A stretch of 64,000 bases of DNA from Prorocentrum cordatum. Its lineage: Eukaryota. Numbering within the stretch: the stretch's first letter is position 1; each line of letters starts with the position of its first letter. The stretch spans positions 1 through 64,000 of the forward strand of contig CAUYUJ010000288.1 of assembly GCA_963575745.1 (NCBI GenBank), given 5' to 3'. A program made the position numbers and the translations under genes. Positions 57,501-64,000 of this stretch are shown here, in pieces. The notes under the pieces are model-generated. The model was not told the DNA's origin, did not search any database, and worked only from the letters and a program-made list of their open reading frames with translations.

Positions 57501-60205
57501 CCATGCCACGGCATGCGATGCAATGCTAGGTTGATACTACGCTTTGCGGTGCTCTTCTACGCCATGCCATGCCGTGCTCTACAATGCATCGCGTCCCTTT
57601 CGGGATCATTGCCCTGCTCGACATCCGACTGTGCGAGTAGAGAGGGGATCTGCGCCATGGTAAGGGATGGGAGGGAGGGGTGGATGTCAGATGCGACGCG
57701 AGCGCACCTAGCTTGTCCTCCTCCCCTTCCCCCTCCCCCCTGCCTGGCTGCGCGCCGCGTCTTGCAGCCGCCCCCCCCCGCCCGAGCCCCCGCGCTCGGC
57801 CGCGCCCTCGTCGCGCGGGGCGCGCCCCGCCGGCAGAGCCGATGCTGCCGCCGCCGCCGGGCGCCCGCCCCGCCCCCCGCGGGCCGCCCGCGCCCCGCGG
57901 GCCGCCCGCGCCCCGCGGGCCGCCCGCGCCCCGCGGGCCGCCCGCGCCGGGGCCCGAGGCCTGCGGCGGGGGCCTCTGCGAGAAGCCGGCGCGCGCGCCG
58001 CTCGGGCGCGCGTCGCCTCGCCTCGGCGGGGGGCGTCGGGGAAGGAGGAGCAGACGAGGAGGAAGAAGGAGCAGAGGAGGAGGAAGAAGAAGAGGAAAAA
58101 GAAAAAGAAGAAGAAGAGGAATAATAAGAGGAAGAAGAAGAGGAAGAAGAGGAAGAAGGGGAAGAAGGAGAGGAATAATTAGCAGGATAATAATAATAAT
58201 AATCATAATAAGAAGAAGAAGAGGAAGAAGAAGAATAAGCAGAAGAAGACGAAGAAGAAGGAGAAGCAGAAGAAGAAGGAGAAGGAGAATAATGGGGGAC
58301 AACATGCGCACCCGACCCCTACCCCCCCACGACTTCCGAGGGGGAGGGTGGGGTTCACTTCGTTCGGGAGCTCCCGAGCGAAGTGGCCAGGACCCCAGGT
58401 AAGGGGACCCAGTTAGTGGTAGGGCCCTGGGGCCCCTCAATTGGCCAGATTCACTAAACCAGGTCTGCCGCAGCTGGTGTTTTTCGGGTGACGGCAGTTC
58501 CGGTTAGCGGAACGGGGCGGGGGGGCGCCCCCCGGTACACATCACTAAACCAGGTTCCACTGAACCCAGTTCTGCCAACGCCCGACTCTTCTCGGCGAGG
58601 GCCGTCGGGGAAGAAGAAGCAGAAGAAGAGGAAGCAGGAGAAGCAGAAGAAGAAGAAGAAGACGAAGAAGTTAACGAAGTCACCGAAGAAGGATCGCGTC
58701 GTAAAACAAGAACATCAGGGCGGCGGGTTTGGGGCCGCGTTCGGCCTCGCAGGGCCCTTGCTGGGCCTCGGGACCGTCAAACAGCGACTCGAGATGGAAA
58801 ACCGGTCCCGGGGAGAGGGTCGGGACGTCCAGGGACCCCAGATTGCAGAAACGCCAAACTTTTGGCGCTGCGCGCGGGTTTCTCAGATCTGCGCTGGGAC
58901 CCCCCCCCCGCGGCGCTCCCGGCGCCTCCCCTGGCGCGCTAGCGCCAAAAAAGTTGGTGCTTCAGAAGGAAAAATACACACAGACACAATTAATCGTCGA
59001 TCCCCCGGAAATATGGGAAAATATGGGAAGTGGGGGGGAAGACAGAAGCCCCGAAAATATGGGGAAATATGGGGAATCTGTTATTCGTGTGTATTTACCT
59101 GTGTGTCTCAGGACCCCTTCAATGTTTATGGCGTTGTTTCTTCTTCTGAGTCAGCTTGGCACCGCTCGGGCGTGTGCGCGTCTTCTCGGCGAGGGCCCTC
59201 GAGGAGCAGCCTCGACCCCAGACCCCTGACGTCGTGATTTGTGTTGGCACCGTCGACCTCCGAGGTCTGGACCACTTCCCCGGGACAAGTGTTTCGTCCT
59301 GGGCTGTGATGTTCCAACCTACTTGAGCCTAGATCACCAGAGAGAATGTCGAGCACCAGAGAAGAGTACCGAAACTCGAGGGTTTTCACGTGTCGGGTCC
59401 TGGGAGACACTGTTTCGACATTCTTTCGATACTTATCTGGGTGCTCGAAATTCTTTCTGGGATGTGGTCCCTAAGTACGATGGGCGCAACATAAGTCCTG
59501 AGTCATTTGTTGACGGTCCTGAGGCCCGGTGTGAGCTCCCGGAGGCCGAAAATAGCGAAAAAACCCGTCGTGATTTCTTCACCACGCGAGGATTTGTTTT
59601 GGGACCATCGGGCCAACAAAAAGCACGCACGAGCCCGACAATGGCAAACCAAGGCGCTGAAGTGTAAGGACCACCTTGGGCTCTGGGGGGCCGGGTGGGG
59701 GGGGTGGGTCTGGGTTTCGGGCCGCTCCTTACCCAGACATGATCGCGCCGGGTTTTTGGCCGTCTTCGGCCTCGGGGGGCCCTCGCTGGGCCTTCGGACG
59801 GTCAAGCAACGACGCAGGATGAGAAACCGCTCCTGGGGACAGGGCCGGGACTTCCAGGGGCCCCACGTGGAAACAATCCGGACGTCGCATGTCTGGGTAG
59901 ATGTTAGAGCTGTGCGTAGCCCGCCTAGCTTTTAGCGGAAGAGGTTCGCTCTCGCCCCGCCGACCACAAATTTTTGGGTAGATGTAGTTCATGGGACCTA
60001 CTAGCTTGCCGTGGCCAGAAGAGCCTCTTCGCTCCTTATCCAGCGTTGCTTTCATGGCAGCACGGTGGCCGTACATCCCCAGACATCCGGCCCCCTCGAG
60101 CAACTCGAGGCCGATGTTTCTCATGGTGTTCGGCCTCTCGGGGCCCGTGCCGGGCCTCGGGACCGTCGGAAAACGACCCAGGATGAAAAGCAGGTCCCAG
60201 GGAAG

Positions 60206-60404
60206 TTCGGGCCGGACGACAGGGGGGGATTGGGAAAGGGGGGGTTACGAAATCTGCTGCATGCAGCTGGTTTCGGCCCCACCGAGGGGCCCATTCCTCG
60301 ATGCGTGGCCGCCTCCCGGCGCCAGGAGGCGCCGGGAAAATCGGCTGCGCGAGCTGATTCTCCAACCCCCCCTTTGCCATCCCCCCCCCTTTCGCCTGGC
60401 CCGA
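60206..60404. mobile_element. MITE-like family M6 copy
   Basis: Imperfect TIRs TCGGGCCGGACGACAGGGGGGGATTGGGAAAGGGGGGTT and AACCCCCCCTTTGCCATCCCCCCCCCTTTCGCCTGGCCCGA. Confidence 0.75.
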
Positions 60405-60679
60405 GAAGTGGTCGAGGGGTCGGGGGGGCCGCGTCTCGAAGAGAGCACGGCGCCGGAGGCCTGGAGCCACATGCCCACCGCCCCCGTGCGGGGGGATCCA
60501 TATATTCGGGGGCGTCGGCAGGCGCTGGCTCTGGACACGCTCGTGCCCCCCTGGGGCACCATACCCGCCACCTGTGGGGGCCCCAGGACCCAGATCCCCG
60601 CTTATAATTATATATAATATATATATGTAGATATATGTGTATATATATATATGTGTATATATATATATTTATATATGTA

Positions 60680-60710
<31 letters not shown>

Positions 60711-61317
60711 GCATATACACATATATATACACATATCACGTCGACCCCATCAGAGTTTCCCCTGAGTTTGCCCTTCTCAGGCGTCGTTCGCCATCTTTCG
60801 GGTCCTGGCAGACTTGCTCGTGCTCGAGCCTCCCTCACTTGATGGGCCGGCTGCTGGTGCAAAGATCCCCAGCAGTCGCTGTCACTGCTCCAGCCTCGCA
60901 CAGATGTTAGAGTTTGAGAGGCCTCGAACCATTCCCCAGTACAGGCTTGTCGTCTCGAGTCGTCTGTTGACGATGCCAGGGCATGACGAGGGCCCCCAGA
61001 GGCAGAAAGCGGCGAAAAACCTCCCGTCATGATTGTTTCGTGGCCCGCCCCTAAGATCCTGGCGTCGCAATTTTTTCGCAACTGGCGTTTTCGCTCCATT
61101 TGGGGCCCGGGACTCTCACATATCGTTCCGGCTCGGAAACTGACGCAGAAAGATGGGGTCCGGGGCTCTGGTCGCGATTTTCTGCCATGTTGTATTTTTT
61201 TCGCGACGTCGGATCCCAGGGGAGGGGCTTGGGTCTGGGCGACTTGTTGAACAACCGCCCGGACTGACAAAAAGCCAGGCCGCCCGAGCTCGGCTGCACG
61301 CGTGAGTGGCCCTAGTT

Positions 61318-61476
61318 AGGCTTAAGTCGGGCCTGTCCCTCTACAGGGGGAATATTGAAACACGGTTTAAAACATGGGACGATTGTTTGACCATGTTTTA
61401 ATACTTTTGGCTTACTTTTGGGGTATTTTCAATTTTTCGTCCAAAATCCCCCTGTAGGGGGACACGCCCGACCTGA
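61318..61476. mobile_element. MITE family M4 copy
   Basis: TTAAGTCGGGCCTGTCCCTCTACAGGGGG ... CCCCCTGTAGGGGGACACGCCCGACCTGA. Confidence 0.82.
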
Positions 61477-62334
61477 CAGACAAATAATGGGCTTGTTTTC
61501 CACCACCAGCACTATAAGTTGGAGGGGGAGGAGGAGGAGGAGGAGGAGGAGGAGGAGGAGGAGGAGGAGGAGGAGGAGGAGGCGGAGGAGGAGGACAGAC
61601 AAAAAGGAGGAGGAGGAGGAGGAGGAGGAGGAGGACAGACAAAAAGGAGGAGGAGGAGGAGGAGGAGGAGGAGGAGGACGCCCTCCCCCTCCAACTTATG
61701 CTGGTGGTGGTGGGAAACGGGCCCATCAGACAAAAAGCCACGCCGCCCGAGCTCGGCTGCACGCACGAGTGGCCCCATAGCTAGGCACGAGTGGCCCTGC
61801 GGTGCGCGGCAACGGGGATCGGCCGCGGGAGAGGCCGCGCTGGGCCCGCACCCAGCGGCCTCTCCGGCGATGACGCGCAGCTGCGGGCCCCAAATCGGGT
61901 GCTGCTAGAAGCGCTCCTGGCCCAAGGTGCCCAGACCTCCTCGCACTGTGAAAAAATCACGACGGGAGGTTTTTTGCTATGTTCGGCTTCCGGGGGTCAC
62001 CGGGCCTCAGGACCGTCAATAAACGACTCAGGACGAAAGACCGGTCCCGGGGAAGGGGCTCAGACCTTTGGGGGTCGACGTTGCGAAAAAATCACGACGT
62101 CGGGGGTCTGGGTCGTGTGTTGCTAGAAGTGCCCCTGGCCCAAGGATTCTCGGTGTGGCCCAGACGGCCTCCCTCACGAGGGATCAGAGGGCCCCAGGGG
62201 CTCCAGGATGGAGCGAAAAGCTGGGGGCACCTTGGGCTAGGGGCACCGTTCGCAACTCCCGACAACGGTCTCTCCGGCGATGACGCGCAGCCGAGGACCC
62301 CAAAGGTCACCAAAGCTTCCCCAGGCGGTGGATA

Positions 62335-62489
62335 CAGTGGGGGGGCGTTAAGGAATGCGCCCGGGCGGCTTCAGATGCTGGGGGGTCCCTAATCTGATGA
62401 GGGCGGCGGTGATATGCACGGCGAAGCCTCAAGTTATGTGCCGCCTGCTTCCAGGCCCTGGACTCCTTCCTCATCCAACTCCTTCACCG
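62335..62489. mobile_element. MITE family M1, full-length copy, Tc1/mariner-like ends
   Basis: TA|CAGTG ... CACCG|TA with an imperfect TIR; homologous to 1153-1280. Confidence 0.8.
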
Positions 62490-63445
62490 TATGCGCACAC
62501 AGACATGCGACGTCCTCATTTTTCAATAGGGGGCCCCTGAGGGTTCCAACCCTTTCCCCAGGGCCGGCTTATCATCCCGAGTTGTCTCTGGTTTGACAGC
62601 CACGAGGCCCTGCGAGGGCCCCCCGAGGCCGAACACGGCCAAAAACCTCCCGTCCTGATCCTCTCACGACGCGATCACCGTACCTGCGTAAGACCCCGCC
62701 TCCCCAGACCCCCGACGTCGCGATTTTTTCACAACGTCGACCCCCAGAGGTCTGGACCCCTCCCCTTTTGCATCCTGAGCTGTTTTTTTGACGGCCCCGA
62801 GGCCCGGTTTAAGGGCCCCCGGAGGCCGAAGATAGCGAAAAACCTCCCCTCGCGACTGGGGGCTTGGGGGCCTCGAGATCCGACGTGGCGGAAAAAATGC
62901 AACATACCAAAACATCGCGACCCGAGCCCTGGACCCCATCTGTCTGCGTCATTTTTCGAGCTGGATCGACATGTGAGGGTCTCGGGGCCCGACAATGAGC
63001 GAAAGCGCTGCTGGTTAAAAATTACAGCGCGAGATCTTAGGGTCGTCCTCGAACGAGGAGGAGGAGGAGGAGGAGGAGGAGGAGGAGGAGGAGGAGGACC
63101 AGTGTAAACCCAAGAGTCCTCAACGATGTTGGAACGAACCCTCCCTCCAGGCTTCCTCTTCATAGGCCCTCTCAACTGTTCATTGCCACTGAAGGAAGTG
63201 CCTCGTTGGTAGACAACCGTCTGAAGAAAGCATGCCAAAACATTGTTCTCGGGATTCCAACGCCACGGATCAACCTGACTGTTGCGTCGTGACGATCTTG
63301 AACCGTGCCAGAACGCCATTCCTGAGATTTCAACACCGGCAATCAATGTAACTGTTGCACCCTCGTAAATCTTGAATCCTTCCAACGCATAAATTCTGGC
63401 ACTTTGACTATAGGAACCCGTGCAACGCATGCAGTTTTTTAGAAC

Positions 63446-63915
63446 GAATGTGCGCGGCGCTATTTTGAAAATCAGTCGCCCTCAACCCGTGAAGCTCTTG
63501 CCATTATTTGAAACGAATGTGCGCGGTGCTCAGGCGGGAGCTACATGTTGAAAACCACCCGCCCTCAATCTGTGAAGCTCTTACATGTTGTAACAAATGT
63601 GCGCGGCGCTAAGGTGAGAACCACATTTTGAAAAAGAGCCGCCCTCAATCCGTGAAACCCTTACAAATGTTTACATCGAATGTGCGCGGTGCTAAGGCGA
63701 GAGCTACAGTTTGGAAATCACTCGCCCTCAATCCGTGAACCTCTTGCAATTATTTCAAACCGAATATGCGCGGTACTAAGGCAGGAGTTACATGTTGGAA
63801 ACCACCCGCCCTCAATCCGTGAAACTTTTGCAAATGGTTAAAGCGAGTGTACGCGGCGATAATGCGAGAACCACATTTTGAAAACGACCCGCCCTCCATC
63901 TGTGAAGCTGTTGCC
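63446..63915. repeat. About 83-bp tandem repeat, about 6 diverged copies
   Basis: AATGTGCGCGG..CGCCCTCAATC[C/T]GTGAA at about 63447, 63516, 63596, 63679, 63763 and 63846. Confidence 0.92.
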
Positions 63916-64000
63916 AAGTTCTGAGCTTCAGGGTCGTAAATGGTGAGGAGGTCTTGGGCGAAACGCCCGGCCCGCTTTATAAATTGGCTTCGCGGTGCGA

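Noticed and set aside
63100..63435. Unique lower-GC stretch with a minus-strand ORF (similar stretches at about 20240-20540, 22080-22600 and 24340-25050)
   Set aside because: No recognisable motif. These could be exons or decayed insertions but cannot be supported without a homology search.

Overview
Eukaryotic, GC-rich, repeat-saturated genomic DNA, most likely from a dinoflagellate. This is inferred from a 21/22 match to the dinoflagellate spliced leader (DinoSL, DCCGTAGCCATTTTGGCTCAAG) and from tandem SL relics. The first 18 kb is a nest of APE-endonuclease/RT/RNase H non-LTR retrotransposons, which I reconstruct in three layers. An old minus-strand LINE (LINE-C, 13611 to about 185) starts with tandem SL relics and ends at an (ACTCC)n tract. 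Its RNase H domain was split by a TA-flanked MITE (1153-1280). A younger, nearly intact plus-strand LINE (LINE-B, 1281-7509) then inserted into that MITE with a 13-bp target-site duplication (TSD). A third, 5'-truncated LINE (LINE-D) occupies 14788 to about 18064. An intronless LARGE-like GT8 glycosyltransferase ORF (20926-21993) has a genomic SL copy 48 nt upstream, the signature of a retrogene. A decayed PIF1-family helicase lies at about 31520-33364. The rest is microsatellites, minisatellites, several MITE families (most TA-flanked), foldback palindromes, inverted duplications and possibly a few host micro-exons. I found no rRNA, tRNA or CRISPR array. All alignments were done by eye and repeat boundaries are approximate.
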